64,000 bases of DNA, taken from Paragordius varius. Taxonomy: Eukaryota; Animalia; Nematomorpha. The notes beneath the pieces were generated by a model. It was given only the letters and a program-made list of their open reading frames with translations. It was not told the origin of the DNA and did no database searches. This document shows, piece by piece, positions 27,420 to 43,551 of this stretch (the stretch's first letter is position 1; the number at the start of each line of letters is the position of its first letter). The stretch spans positions 13,702,001-13,766,000 of the forward strand of contig OZ176053.1 of NCBI GenBank assembly GCA_964247055.1, in the 5' to 3' direction. Made by a program: the position numbers and the translations under genes.

Positions 27420-30400
27420 AAATCGGATATTGGTCACCGGTGAACAAAATTTTTTTTATACATTCTCTTAGTAGGACTACATATAAATATAGAGATAGTT
27501 TGGCAAACTCTTTCATATCCGATTTTTACAACAATACTTTAAAAATTAATGTATAAAACTAGTCGCATGATTACTCAAGTTAAACTTTGTCCTTAAAAAT
27601 CGGATATTGGTCACCGGTGAACAAAATAATTTTTTATACATTCTCTTAGTAAGACTACATCAAAATATAGAGATAGTTTTGCAAACTCTTTCATATCCGA
27701 TTTTTACAACGATACTTTTAAAATTAATGTATAAAACTAGTCGCATCAATACTCAAGTTAAACTTTGTCCTTAAAAATCGGATATTGGTCACCGGTGAAC
27801 AAAATTATTTTTTATACATTCTCTTAGTAAGACTACATCAAAATATAGAGATAGTTTGAGAAACTCTTTCATATCCGATTTTTACAACGATACTTTAAAA
27901 ATTAATGTATTAAACTAGTCGCATCAATACTCAAGTTAAACTTTGTCCTTAAAAATCGGATATTGGTCACCGGTGAACAAAATTATTTTTTATACATTCT
28001 CTTAGTAAGACTACATCAAAATATAGAGATAGTTTGACAAACTCTTTCATATCCGATTTTTACAACGATACTTTAATAATTATGGTATCAAACCAGTCGC
28101 ATCAATACTCAAGTTAAACTTTGTCCTTAAAAATCGGATATTGGTCACCGGTGAACAAAATTATTTTTTATACATTCTCTTAGTAGGACTACATCAAAAT
28201 ATAGAGATAGTTTGGCAAACTCTTTCATATCCGATTTTTACAACGATACTTTAAAAATTAATGTATAAAACTAGTCGCATCAATACTATAGTTAAACTTT
28301 GTCCTTAAAAATCGGATATTGGTCACCGGTGAACAAAATAATTTTTTTACATTCTCTTAGTAAGACTACATCAAAATATAGAGATAGTTTGACAAACTCT
28401 TTCAAATCCGATTTTTACAACGATACTTTAAAAATTAATCTATTAAACTAGTCGCTTCAATACTCAAGTTAAACTTTGTCCTTAAAAATCGGATATTGGT
28501 CACCGGTGAACAAAATAATTTTTTATACATTCTCTTAGCAAGACTACATCAAATAATAGAGATAGTTTGACAAACTCTTTCATATCCGATTTTTACAACG
28601 ATACTTTACAAATTAATGTATAAAACTAGTCGTATCAATAAGTCGCATCAATACTCAAGTTAAACTTTGTCCTTAAAAATCAGATATTGGTCACCGGTGA
28701 ACAAAATAATTTCTTATATATTCTCTTAGTAAGACTACATCAAAATATAGAAATAGTTTGACAAACTCTTTCATATCCGATTTTTACAACGATACTTTAA
28801 AAATTATGGTATCAAACCAGTCGCATCAATACTCAAGTTAAACTTTGTCCTTAAAAATCGGATATTGGTCACCGGTGAACAAAATTTTTTTTATACATTC
28901 TCTTAGTAGGACTACATATAAATATAGAGATAGTTTGGCAAACTCTTTCATATCCGATTTTTACAACAATACTTTAAAAATTAATGTATAAAACTAGTCG
29001 CATGATTACTCAAGTTAAACTTTGTCCTTAATAATCGGATATTGGTCACCGGTGAACAAAATAATTTTTTATACATTCTCTTAGTAAGACTACATCAAAA
29101 TATAGAGATAGTTTTGCAAACTCTTTCATATCCGATTTTTACAACGATACTTTAAAAATTAATGTATAAAACTAGTCGCATCAATACTCAAGTTAAACTT
29201 TGTCCTTGAAAATCGGATATTGGTCACCGGTGAACAAAATTTTTTTTATACATTCTCTTAGTAGGACTACATATAAATATAGAGATAGTTTGGCAAACTC
29301 TTTCATATCCGATTTTTACAACAATACTTTAAAAATTAATGTATAAAACTAGTCGCATGATTACTCAAGTTAAACTTTGTCCTTAAAAATCGGATATTGG
29401 TCACCGGTGAACAAAATAATTTTTTATACATTCTCTTAGTAAGACTACATCAAAATATAGAGATAGTTTTGCAAACTCTTTCATATCCGATTTTTACAAC
29501 GATACTTTAAAAATTAATGTATAAAACTAGTCGCATCAATACTCAAGTTAAACTTTGTCCTTAAAAATCGGATATTGGTCACCGGTGAACAAAATTATTT
29601 TTTATACATTCTCTTAGTAGGACTACATCAAAATATAGAGATAGTTTGGCAAACTCTTTCATATCCGATTTTTACAACGATACTTTAAAAATTAATGTAT
29701 AAAACTAGTCGCATCAATACTATAGTTAAACTTTGTCCTTAAAAATCGGATATTGGTCACCGGTGAACAAAATAATTTTTTTACATTCTCTTAGTAAGAC
29801 TACATCAAAATATAGAGATAGTTTGACAAACTCTTTCAAATCCGATTTTTACAACGATACTTTAAAAATTAATCTATTAAACTAGTCGCTTCAATACTCA
29901 AGTTAAACTTTGTCCTTAAAAATCGGATATTGGTCACCGGTGAACAAAATAATTTTTTATACATTCTCTTAGCAAGACTACATCAAATAATAGAGATAGT
30001 TTGACAAACTCTTTCATATCCGATTTTTACAACGATACTTTACAAATTAATGTATAAAACTAGTCGTATCAATAAGTCGCATCAATACTCAAGTTAAACT
30101 TTGTCCTTAAAAATCAGATATTGGTCACCGGTGAACAAAATAATTTCTTATATATTCTCTTAGTAAGACTACATCAAAATATAGAGATAGTTTGACAAAC
30201 TCTTTCATATCCGATTTTTACAACGATACTTTAAAAATTATGGTATCAAACCAGTCGCATCAATACTCAAGTTAAACTTTGTCCTTAATAATCGGATATT
30301 GGTCACCGGTGAACAAAATAATTTTTTATACATTCTCTTAGTAAGACTACATCAAAATATAGAGATAGTTTTGCAAACTCTTTCATATCCGATTTTTACA

Positions 30401-33334
30401 ACGATACTTTAAAAATTAATGTATAAAACTAGTCGCATCAATACTCAAGTTAAACTTTGTCCTTGAAAATCGGATATTGGTCACCGGTGAACAAAATTTT
30501 TTTTATACATTCTCTTAGTAGGACTACATATAAATATAGAGATAGTTTGGCAAACTCTTTCATATCCGATTTTTACAACAATACTTTAAAAATTAATGTA
30601 TAAAACTAGTCGCATGATTACTCAAGTTAAACTTTGTCCTTAAAAATCGGATATTGGTCACCGGTGAACAAAATAATTTTTTATACATTCTCTTAGTAAG
30701 ACTACATCAAAATATAGAGATAGTTTTGCAAACTCTTTCATATCCGATTTTTACAACGATACTTTTAAAATTAATGTATAAAACTAGTCGCATCAATACT
30801 CAAGTTAAACTTTGTCCTTAAAAATCGGATATTGGTCACCGGTGAACAAAATTATTTTTTATACATTCTCTTAGTAAGACTACATCAAAATATAGAGATA
30901 GTTTGAGAAACTCTTTCATATCCGATTTTTACAACGATACTTTAAAAATTAATGTATTAAACTAGTCGCATCAATACTCAAGTTAAACTTTGTCCTTAAA
31001 AATCGGATATTGGTCACCGGTGAACAAAATTATTTTTTATACATTCTCTTAGTAAGACTACATCAAAATATAGAGATAGTTTGACAAACTCTTTCATATC
31101 CGATTTTTACAACGATACTTTAATAATTATGGTATCAAACCAGTCGCATCAATACTCAAGTTAAACTTTGTCCTTAAAAATCGGATATTGGTCACCGGTG
31201 AACAAAATTATTTTTTATACATTCTCTTAGTAGGACTACATCAAAATATAGAGATAGTTTGGCAAACTCTTTCATATCCGATTTTTACAACGATACTTTA
31301 AAAATTAATGTATAAAACTAGTCGCATCAATACTATAGTTAAACTTTGTCCTTAAAAATCGGATATTGGTCACCGGTGAACAAAATAATTTTTTTACATT
31401 CTCTTAGTAAGACTACATCAAAATATAGAGATAGTTTGACAAACTCTTTCAAATCCGATTTTTACAACGATACTTTAAAAATTAATCTATTAAACTAGTC
31501 GCTTCAATACTCAAGTTAAACTTTGTCCTTAAAAATCGGATATTGGTCACCGGTGAACAAAATAATTTTTTATACATTCTCTTAGCAAGACTACATCAAA
31601 TAATAGAGATAGTTTGACAAACTCTTTCATATCCGATTTTTACAACGATACTTTACAAATTAATGTATAAAACTAGTCGTATCAATAAGTCGCATCAATA
31701 CTCAAGTTAAACTTTGTCCTTAAAAATCAGATATTGGTCACCGGTGAACAAAATAATTTCTTATATATTCTCTTAGTAAGACTACATCAAAATATAGAAA
31801 TAGTTTGACAAACTCTTTCATATCCGATTTTTACAACGATACTTTAAAAATTATGGTATCAAACCAGTCGCATCAATACTCAAGTTAAACTTTGTCCTTA
31901 AAAATCGGATATTGGTCACCGGTGAACAAAATTTTTTTTATACATTCTCTTAGTAGGACTACATATAAATATAGAGATAGTTTGGCAAACTCTTTCATAT
32001 CCGATTTTTACAACAATACTTTAAAAATTAATGTATAAAACTAGTCGCATGATTACTCAAGTTAAACTTTGTCCTTAATAATCGGATATTGGTCACCGGT
32101 GAACAAAATAATTTTTTATACATTCTCTTAGTAAGACTACATCAAAATATAGAGATAGTTTTGCAAACTCTTTCATATCCGATTTTTACAACGATACTTT
32201 AAAAATTAATGTATAAAACTAGTCGCATCAATACTCAAGTTAAACTTTGTCCTTGAAAATCGGATATTGGTCACCGGTGAACAAAATTTTTTTTATACAT
32301 TCTCTTAGTAGGACTACATATAAATATAGAGATAGTTTGGCAAACTCTTTCATATCCGATTTTTACAACAATACTTTAAAAATTAATGTATAAAACTAGT
32401 CGCATGATTACTCAAGTTAAACTTTGTCCTTAAAAATCGGATATTGGTCACCGGTGAACAAAATAATTTTTTATACATTCTCTTAGTAAGACTACATCAA
32501 AATATAGAGATAGTTTTGCAAACTCTTTCATATCCGATTTTTACAACGATACTTTAAAAATTAATGTATAAAACTAGTCGCATCAATACTCAAGTTAAAC
32601 TTTGTCCTTAAAAATCGGATATTGGTCACCGGTGAACAAAATTATTTTTTATACATTCTCTTAGTAGGACTACATCAAAATATAGAGATAGTTTGGCAAA
32701 CTCTTTCATATCCGATTTTTACAACGATACTTTAAAAATTAATGTATAAAACTAGTCGCATCAATACTATAGTTAAACTTTGTCCTTAAAAATCGGATAT
32801 TGGTCACCGGTGAACAAAATAATTTTTTTACATTCTCTTAGTAAGACTACATCAAAATATAGAGATAGTTTGACAAACTCTTTCAAATCCGATTTTTACA
32901 ACGATACTTTAAAAATTAATCTATTAAACTAGTCGCTTCAATACTCAAGTTAAACTTTGTCCTTAAAAATCGGATATTGGTCACCGGTGAACAAAATAAT
33001 TTTTTATACATTCTCTTAGCAAGACTACATCAAATAATAGAGATAGTTTGACAAACTCTTTCATATCCGATTTTTACAACGATACTTTACAAATTAATGT
33101 ATAAAACTAGTCGTATCAATAAGTCGCATCAATACTCAAGTTAAACTTTGTCCTTAAAAATCAGATATTGGTCACCGGTGAACAAAATAATTTCTTATAT
33201 ATTCTCTTAGTAAGACTACATCAAAATATAGAGATAGTTTGACAAACTCTTTCATATCCGATTTTTACAACGATACTTTAAAAATTATGGTATCAAACCA
33301 GTCGCATCAATACTCAAGTTAAACTTTGTCCTTA
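27420..33334 (+). repeat. Tandem higher-order duplication at offset 3047 bp (17 monomers = 8-mer + 9-mer sub-HORs)
   Basis: AATCAGATAT at 28681, 30115, 31728 and 33162 (spacings 1434, 1613, 1434). TTGAGAAAC at 27858/30905 and CTTTAATAATT at 28071/31118. Confidence 0.9.
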
Positions 33335-36300
33335 AAAATCGGATATTGGTCACCGGTGAACAAAATTTTTTTTATACATTCTCTTAGTAGGACTACATAT
33401 AAATATAGAGATAGTTTGGCAAACTCTTTCATATCCGATTTTTACAACAATACTTTAAAAATTAATGTATAAAACTAGTCGCATGATTACTCAAGTTAAA
33501 CTTTGTCCTTAATAATCGGATATTGGTCACCGGTGAACAAAATAATTTTTTATACATTCTCTTAGTAAGACTACATCAAAATATAGAGATAGTTTTGCAA
33601 ACTCTTTCATATCCGATTTTTACAACGATACTTTAAAAATTAATGTATAAAACTAGTCGCATCAATACTCAAGTTAAACTTTGTCCTTGAAAATCGGATA
33701 TTGGTCACCGGTGAACAAAATTTTTTTTATACATTCTCTTAGTAGGACTACATATAAATATAGAGATAGTTTGGCAAACTCTTTCATATCCGATTTTTAC
33801 AACAATACTTTAAAAATTAATGTATAAAACTAGTCGCATGATTACTCAAGTTAAACTTTGTCCTTAAAAATCGGATATTGGTCACCGGTGAACAAAATAA
33901 TTTTTTATACATTCTCTTAGTAAGACTACATCAAAATATAGAGATAGTTTTGCAAACTCTTTCATATCCGATTTTTACAACGATACTTTAAAAATTAATG
34001 TATAAAACTAGTCGCATCAATACTCAAGTTAAACTTTGTCCTTAAAAATCGGATATTGGTCACCGGTGAACAAAATTATTTTTTATACATTCTCTTAGTA
34101 AGACTACATCAAAATATAGAGATAGTTTTGCAAACTCTTTCATATTCGATTTTTACAACGATACTTTAAAAATTAATGTATAAAACTAGTCGCATCAATA
34201 CTCAAGTTAAACTTTGTCCTTAAAAATCGGATATTGGTCACCGGTGAACAAAATTATTTTTTATACATTCTCTTAGTAAGACTACATCAAAATATAGAGA
34301 TAGTTTGAGAAACTCTTTCATATCCGATTTTTACAACGATACTTTAAAAATTAATGTATTAAACTAGTCGCATCAATACTCAAGTTAAACTTTGTCCTTA
34401 AAAATCGGATATTGGTCACCGGTGAACAAAATTATTTTTTATACATTCTCTTAGTAAGACTACATCAAAATATAGAGATAGTTTGACAAACTCTTTCATA
34501 TCCGATTTTTACAACGATACTTTAAAAATTAATGTATTAAACTAGTCGCATCAATACTCAAGTTAAACTTTGTCCTTAAAAATCGGATATTGGTCACCGG
34601 TGAACAAAATAATTTTTTATACATTCTCTTAGTAAGACTACATCAAAATATAGAAATAGTTTGACAAACTCTTTCATATCCGATTTTTACAACGATACTT
34701 TAAAAATTAATGTATTAAACTAGTCGCATCAATACTCATGTTAAACTTTGTCCTTAAAAATCGGATATTGGTCACGGGTGAACAAAATTATATTTTATAC
34801 ATTCTCTTAGTAAGACTACATCAAAATATAGAGATAATTTGACAAACTCTTTAATATCTGATTTTTAGAGCGTAAACTTTAAAAATAAATGTATAATTTA
34901 CATACGACAATAAGCAAGTTAAACTTTGTCCTTAAAAATCGGATATTAGTCGCCGGTAAAGAAAATAATTTTTTATACATTCTCTTAGTAGTACTACATC
35001 AAAATATAGAGATAGTTTGACAAACTCTTTAATATCTGATTTTTAGAGCGATACTTTAAAAATAAATGTATAATTTAGCATACGACAATAAGCAAGTTAA
35101 ACTTTGTCCTTAAAAATCGGATATTGGTCTCCGGTGAACAAAATTATTTTTTATACATTCTCTTATTAAGACTACATCAAAATATAGAGATAGTTCAAAC
35201 TCTTTCATATCCGATTTTTACAACGATACTTTAAAAATTAATGTATAAAACTAGTCGCATCAATACTCAAGCTAAACTTTGTCCTTAAAAATGGGATATT
35301 GGTCACCGGTGAACAAAATTATTTTTTATACATTCTCTTATTAAGACTACATCAAAATATAGAGATAGTTTGACAAACTCTTTCATATCCGATTTTTACA
35401 ACGATACTTTAAAAATTAATGTATAAAACTAGTCGCATCAATACTCAAGTTAAACTTTGTCCTTAAAAATCGGATATTGGTCACCGGTGAACAAAATTTT
35501 TATACATTCTCTTAGTAGGACTACATATAAATATAGAGATAGTTTAGCAAACTCTTTCATATCCGATTTTTACAACGATACTTTAAAAATTAATGTATAA
35601 AACTAGTCGCATCAAAACTCAAGTTAAACTTTGTCCTTAAAAATCGGATATTGGTCACCGGTGAACAAAATTTTTTTTATACATTCTCTTAGTAGGACTA
35701 CATATAAATATAGAGATAGTTTGGCAAACTCTTTCATATCCGATTTTTACAACGATATTTTAAAAATTATGGTATAACCAGTCGCATCAATACTCAAGTT
35801 AAACTTTGTCCTTAAAAATCGGATATTGGTCACCGGTGAACAAAATTATTTTTTATACATTCTCTTAGTAAGACTACATCAAAATATAGAGATATTTTGA
35901 CAAACTCTTTCATATCCGATTTTTACAACGATACTTTAAAAATTAATGTGTTAAACTAGTCGCATTAATACTCAAGTTAAACTTTGTCCTTAAAAATCGG
36001 ATATTGGTCACCGGTGAACAAAATAATTTTTGATACATTCTCTTAGTAAGACTACATCAAAATATAGAGATAGTTTGACAAACTCTTTCATATCCAATTT
36101 TTACAACGATACTTTAAAAATTATGGTATTAAACCAGTCGCATCAATACTCAAGTTAAACTTTGTCCTTAAAAATCGGATATTGGTCACCGGTGAACAAA
36201 ATAATTTTTTTACATTCTCTTAGTAAGACTGCATCAAAATATAGAGATAGTTTGACAAACTCTTTCAAATCCGATTTTTACAACGAAACTTTAAAAATTA

Positions 36301-39300
36301 ATCTATTAAACTAGTCGCATCAATACTCAAGTTAAACTTTGTCCTTAAAAATCGGATATTGGTCACCGGTGAACAAAATAATTTTTTATACATTCTCTTA
36401 GCAAGACTACATCAAATAATAGAGATAGTTTGACAAACTCTTTCATATCCGATTTTTACAACGATACTTTACAAATTAATGTATAAAACTAGTCGTATCA
36501 ATAAGTCGCATCAATACTCAAGTTAAACTTTGTCCTTAAAAATCGGATATTGGTCACCGGTGAACAAAATAATTTTTTATATATTCTCTTAGTAAGACTA
36601 CATCAAAATATAGAGATAGTTTGACAAACTCTTTCATATCCGATTTTTACAACGATACTTTAAAAATTATGGTATCAAACCAGTCGCATCAATACTCAAG
36701 TTAAACTTTGTCCTTAAAAATCGGATATTGGTCACCGGTGAACAAAATAATTTTTTATACATTCTCTTAGTAAGACTACATCAAAATATAGAGATAGTTT
36801 TGCAAACTCTTTCATATCCGATTTTTACAACGATACTTTAAAAATTAATGTATAAAACTAGTCGCATCAATACTCAAGTTAAACTTTGTCCTTAAAAATC
36901 GGATATTGGTCACCGGTGAACAAAATTATTTTTTATACATTCTCTTAGTAAGACTACATCAAAATATAGAGATAGTTTGACAAACTCTTTCATGTCCGAT
37001 TTTTACAACGATACTTTAAAAATTAATGTATTAAACTAGTCGCATCAATACTCAAGTTAAACTTTGTCCTTAAAAATCGGATATTGGTCACCGGTGAACA
37101 AAATTATTTTTTATACATTCTCTTAGTAAGACTACATCAAAATATAGAGATAGTTTGACAAACTCTTTAATATCTGATTTTTACAACGATACTTTAAAAA
37201 TTAATGTATAATTTAGCATACGACAATATTCAATTTAAACTTTGTCCTTAAAAATCGGATATTGGTGACCGGTGAACGAAACTATTTTCTATACATTCTC
37301 TTAGAAGGACTACATTAAAATATAGAGATAGTTTGACAAAGTCTTTCATATCCGATTTTTACAACGTTACTTTAAAAATTAATGTATAAAACTAGTCGCA
37401 TCAATACTCAACCTAAACTTTGTCCTTAAAAATGGGATATTGGTCACCGGTGAACAAAACTATTTTTTATACATTCTCTTAGTAAGACTACATCAAAATA
37501 TAGAGATAATTTGACAAACTCTTTAATATCTGATTTTTAGAGCGATACTTTAAAAATTAATGTATAATTTAGCATACGACAATAAGCAAGTTAAACTTTG
37601 TCCTTAAAAATCGGATATTAGTCGCCGGTAAAGAAAATAATTTTTTATACATTCTCTTAGTAGTACTACATCAAAATATAGAGATAGTTTGACAAACTCT
37701 TTAATATCTGATTTTTAGAGCGATACTTTAAAAATAAATGTATAATTTAGCATACGACAATAAGCAAGTTAAACTTTGTCCTTAAAAATCGGATATTGGT
37801 CTCCGGTGAACAAAATTATTTTTTATACATTCTCTTATTAAGACTACATCAAAATATAGAGATAGTTCAAACTCTTTCATATCCGATTTTTACAACGATA
37901 CTTTAAAAATTAATGTATAAAACTAGTCGCATCAATACTCAAGCTAAACTTTGTCCTTAAAAATGGGATATTGGTCACCGGTGAACAATATTATTTTTTA
38001 TACATTCTCTTATTAAGACTACATCAAAATATAGAGATAGTTTGACAAACTCTTTCATATCCGATTTTTACAACGATACTTTAAAAATTAATGTATAAAA
38101 CTAGTCGCATCAATACTCAAGTTAAACTTTGTCCGTAAAAATCGGATATTGGTCACCGGTGAACAAAATTTTTTTTATACATTCTCTTAGTAGGACTACA
38201 TATAAATATAGAGATAGTTTGGCAAACTCTTTCATATCCGATTTTTACAACGATACTTTAAAAATTAATGTATAAAACTAGTCGCATCAATACTCAAGTT
38301 AAACTTTGTCCTTAAAAATCGGATATTGGTCACCGGTGAACAAAATTTTTTTTATACATTCTCTTAGTAGGACTACATATAAATATAGAGATAGTTTGGC
38401 AAACTCTTTCATATCCGATTTTTACAACGATACTTTAAAAATTATGGTATAACCAGTCGCATCAATACTCAAGTTAAACTTTGTCCTTAAAAATCGGATA
38501 TTGGTCACCGGTGAACAAAATTATTTTTTATACATTCTCTTAGTAAGACTACATCAAAATATAGAGATATTTTGACAAACTCTTTCATATCCGATTTTTA
38601 CAACGATACTTTAAAAATTAATGTGTTAAACTAGTCGCATTAATACTCAAGTTAAACTTTGTCCTTAAAAATCGGATATTGGTCACCGGTGAACAAAATT
38701 ATTTTTTATACATTCTCTTAGTAAGACTACATCAAAATATAGAGATATTTTGACAAACTCTTTCATATCCGATTTTTACAACGATACTTTAAAAATTAAT
38801 GTATTAAACTAGTCGCATCAATACTCAAGTTAAACTTTGTCCTTAAAAATCGGATATTGGTCACCGGTGAACAAAATTATTTTTTATACATTCTCTTAGT
38901 AAGACTACATCAAAATATAGAGATAGTTTGACAAACTCTTTCATATCCGATTTTTACAACAATACTTTAAAAATTAATGTATAAAACTAGTCGTATCAAT
39001 AAATCGCATCAATACTATAGTTAAACTTTGTCCTTAAAAATCGGATATTGGTCACCGGTGAACAAAATAATTTTTGATACATTCTCTTAGTAAGACTACA
39101 TCAAAATATAGAGATAGTTTGACAAACTCTTTCATCTCCAATTTTTACAACGATACTTTAAAAATTATGGTATTAAACCAGTCGCATCAATACTCAAGTT
39201 AAACTTTGTCCTTAAAAATCGGATATTGGTCACCGGTGAACAAAATAATTTTTTTACATTCTCTTAGTAAGACTACATCAAAATATAGAGATAGTTTGAC

Positions 39301-42300
39301 AAACTCTTTCAAATGCGATTTTTACAACGATACTTTAAAAATTAATCTATTAAACTAGTCGCATCAATACTCAAGTTAAACTTTGTCCTTAAAAATCGGA
39401 TATTGGTCACCGGTGAACAAAATAATTTTTTATACATTCTCTTAGCAAGACTACATCAAATAATAGAGATAGTTTGACAAACTCTTTCATATCCGATTTT
39501 TACAACGATACTTTAAAAATTAATGTATAAAACTAGTCGTATCAATAAGTCGCATCAATACTCAAGTTAAACTTTGTCCTTAAAAATCGGATATTGGTCA
39601 CCGGTGAACAAAATAATTTTTTATATATTCTCTTAGTAAGACTACATCAAAATATAGAGATAGTTTGACAAACTCTTTCATATCCGATTTTTACAACGAT
39701 ACTTTAAAAATTAATGTATAAAACTAGTCGCATCAATACTCAAGTTAAACTTTGTCCTTAAAAATCGGATATTGCTCACCGGTGAACAAAATTTTTTTTA
39801 TACATTCTCTTAGTAGGACTACATATAAATATAGAGATAGTTTGGCAAACTCTTTCATATCCGATTTTTACAACAATACTTTAAAAATTAATGTATAAAA
39901 CTAGTCGCATGATTACTCAAGTTAAACTTTGTCCTTAAAAATCGGATATTGGTCACCGGTGAACAAAATAATTTTTTATACATTCTCTTAGTAAGACTAC
40001 ATCAAAATATAGAGATAGTTTGACAAACTCTTTCATATCCGATTTTTACAACGATACTTTAAAAATTAATGTATAAAACTAGTCGCATCAATACTCAAGT
40101 TAAACTTTGTCCTTAAAAATCGGATATTGGTCACCGGTGAACAAAATTATTTTTTATACATTCTCTTAGTAAGACTACATCAAAATATAGAGATAGTTTG
40201 AGAAACTCTTTCATATCCGATTTTTACAACGATACTTTAAAAATTAATGTATTAAACTAGTCGCATCAATACTCAAGTTAAACTTTGTCCTTAAAAATCG
40301 GATATTGGTCACCGGTGAACAAAATTATTTTTTATACATTCTCTTAGTAAGAATACATCAAAATATAGAGATAGTTTGACAAACTCTTTCATATCCGATT
40401 TTTACAACGATACTTTAAAAATTAATGTATTAAACTAGTCGCATCAATACTCAAGTTAAACTTTGTCCTTAAAAATCGGATATTGGTCACCGGTGAACAA
40501 AATTATTTTTTATACATTCTCTTAGTAAGACTACATCAAAATATAGAGATAGTTTGACAAACTCTTTAATATCTGATTTTTACAACGATACTTTAAAAAT
40601 TAATGTATAATTTAGCATACGACAATATTCAATTTAAACTTTGTCCTTAAAAATCGGATATTGGTGACCGGTGAACGAAACTATTTTCTATACATTCTCT
40701 TAGAAGGACTACATTAAAATATAGAGATAGTTTGGCAAACTCTTTCATATCCGATTTTTACAACAATACTTTAAAAATTAATGTATAAAACTAGTCGCAT
40801 GATTACTCAAGTTAAACTTTGTCCTTAAAAATCGGATATTGGTCACCGGTGAACAAAATAATTTTTTATACATTCTCTTAGTAAGACTACATCAAAATAT
40901 AGAGATAGTTTTGCAAACTCTTTCATATCCGATTTTTACAACGATACTTTAAAAATTAATGAATAAAACTAGTCGCATCAATACTCAAGTTAAACTTTGT
41001 CCTTAAAAATCAGATATTGGTCACCGGTGAACAAAATTATTTTTTATACATTCTCTTAGTAAGACTACATCAAAATATAGAGATAGTTTGACAAACTCTT
41101 TCATATCCGATTTTTACAACGATACATTAAAAATTAATGTATTAAACTAGTCGCATCAATACTCAAGTTAAACTTTGTCCTTAAAAATCGGATATTGGTC
41201 ACAGGTGAACAAAATTATTTTTTATACATTCTCTTAGTAAGACTACATCAAAATATAGAGATAGTTTGACAAACTCTTTAATATCTGATTTTTACAACGA
41301 TAATTTAAAAATTAATGTATAATTTAGCATACGACAATATTCAATTTAAACTTTGTCCTTAAAATCGGATATTGGTGACCGGTGAACGAAACTATTTTCT
41401 ATACATTCTCTTAGAAGGACTTCATTAAAATATAGAGATAGTTTGACAAAGTCTTTCATATCCGATTTTTACAACGTTACTTTAAAAATTAATGTATAAA
41501 ACTAGTCGCATCAATACTCAACCTAAACTTTGTCCTTAAAAATGGGATATTGGTCACCGGTGAACAAAACTATTTTTTATACATTCTCTTAGTAAGACTA
41601 CATCAAAATATAGAGATAGTTTGACAAACTCTTTAATATCTGATTTTTAGAGCGATACTTTAAAAATTAATGTATAATTTAGCATACGACAATAAGCAAG
41701 TTAAACTTTGTCCTTAAAAATCGGATATTAGTCGCCGGTAAAGAAAATAATTTTTTATACATTCTCTTAGTAGTACTACATCAAAATATAGAGATAGTTT
41801 GACAAACTCTTTAATATCTGATTTTTAGAGCGATACTTTAAAAATAAATGTATAATTTAGCATACGACAATAAGCAAGTTAAACTTTGTCCTTAAAAATC
41901 GGATATTGGTCTCCGGTGAACAAAATTATTTTTTATACATTCTCTTATTAAGACTACATCAAAATATAGAGATAGTTCAAACTCTTTCATATCCGATTTT
42001 TACAACGATACTTTAAAAATTAATGTATAAAACTAGTCGCATCAATACTCAAGCTAAACTTTGTCCTTAAAAATGGGATATTGGTCACCGGTGAACAAAA
42101 TTATTTTTTATACATTCTCTTATTAAGACTACATCAAAATATAGAGATAGTTTGACAAACTCTTTCATATCCGATTTTTACAACGATACTTTAAAAATTA
42201 ATGTATAAAACTAGTCGCATCAATACTCAAGTTAAACTTTGTCCTTAAAAATCGGATATTGGTCACCGGTGAACAAAATTTTTTTTATACATTCTCTTAG

Positions 42301-43551
42301 TAGGACTACATATAAATATAGAGATAGTTTGGCAAACTCTTTCATATCCGATTTTTACAACGATACTTTAAAAATTAATGTATAAAACTAGTCGCATCAA
42401 TACTCAAGTTAAACTTTGTCCTTAAAAATCGGATATTGGTCACCGGTGAACAAAATTTTTTTTATACATTCTCTTAGTAGGACTACATATAAATATAGAG
42501 ATAGTTTGGCAAACTCTTTCATATCCGATTTTTACAACGATACTTTAAAAATTATGGTATAACCAGTCGCATCAATACTCAAGTTAAACTTTGTCCTTAA
42601 AAATCGGATATTGGTCACCGGTGAACAAAATTATTTTTTATACATTCTCTTAGTAAGACTACATCAAAATATAGAGATATTTTGACAAACTCTTTCATAT
42701 CCGATTTTTACAACGATACTTTAAAAATTAATGTGTTAAACTAGTCGCATTAATACTCAAGTTAAACTTTGTCCTTAAAAATCGGATATTGGTCACCGGT
42801 GAACAAAATTATTTTTTATACATTCTCTTAGTAAGACTACATCAAAATATAGAGATAGTTTGGCAAACTTCATATCCGATTTTTACAACGATACTTTAAA
42901 AATTAATGTATAAAACTAGTCGTATCAATAAATCGCATCAACACTCAAGTTAAACTTTGTCCTTAAAAATCGGATATTGGTCACCGGTGAACAAAATTTT
43001 TTTTATACATTCTCTTAGTAGGACTACATATAAATATAGAGATAGTTTGGCAAACTCTTTCATATCCGATTTTTACAACGATACTTTAAAAATTATGGTA
43101 TAACCAGTCGCATCAATACTCAAGTTAAACTTTGTCCTTAAAAATCGGATATTGGTCACCGGTGAACAAAATTATTTTTTATACATTCTCTTAGTAAGAC
43201 TACATCAAAATATAGAGATATTTTGACAAACTCTTTCATATCCGATTTTTACAACGATACTTTAAAAATTAATGTGTTAAACTAGTCGCATTAATACTCA
43301 AGTTAAACTTTGTCCTTAAAAATCGGATATTGGTCACCGGTGAACAAAATTATTTTTTATACATTCTCCTAGTAGGACTACATCAAAATATAGAGATAGT
43401 TTGGCAAACTCTTTCATATCTGATTTTTACAACGATACTTTAAAAATTAATCTATTAAACTAGTCGCATCAATACTCAAGTTAAACTTTGTCCTTAAAAA
43501 TCGGATATTGGTCACCGGTGAACAAAATAATTTTTTATACATTCTCTTAGC

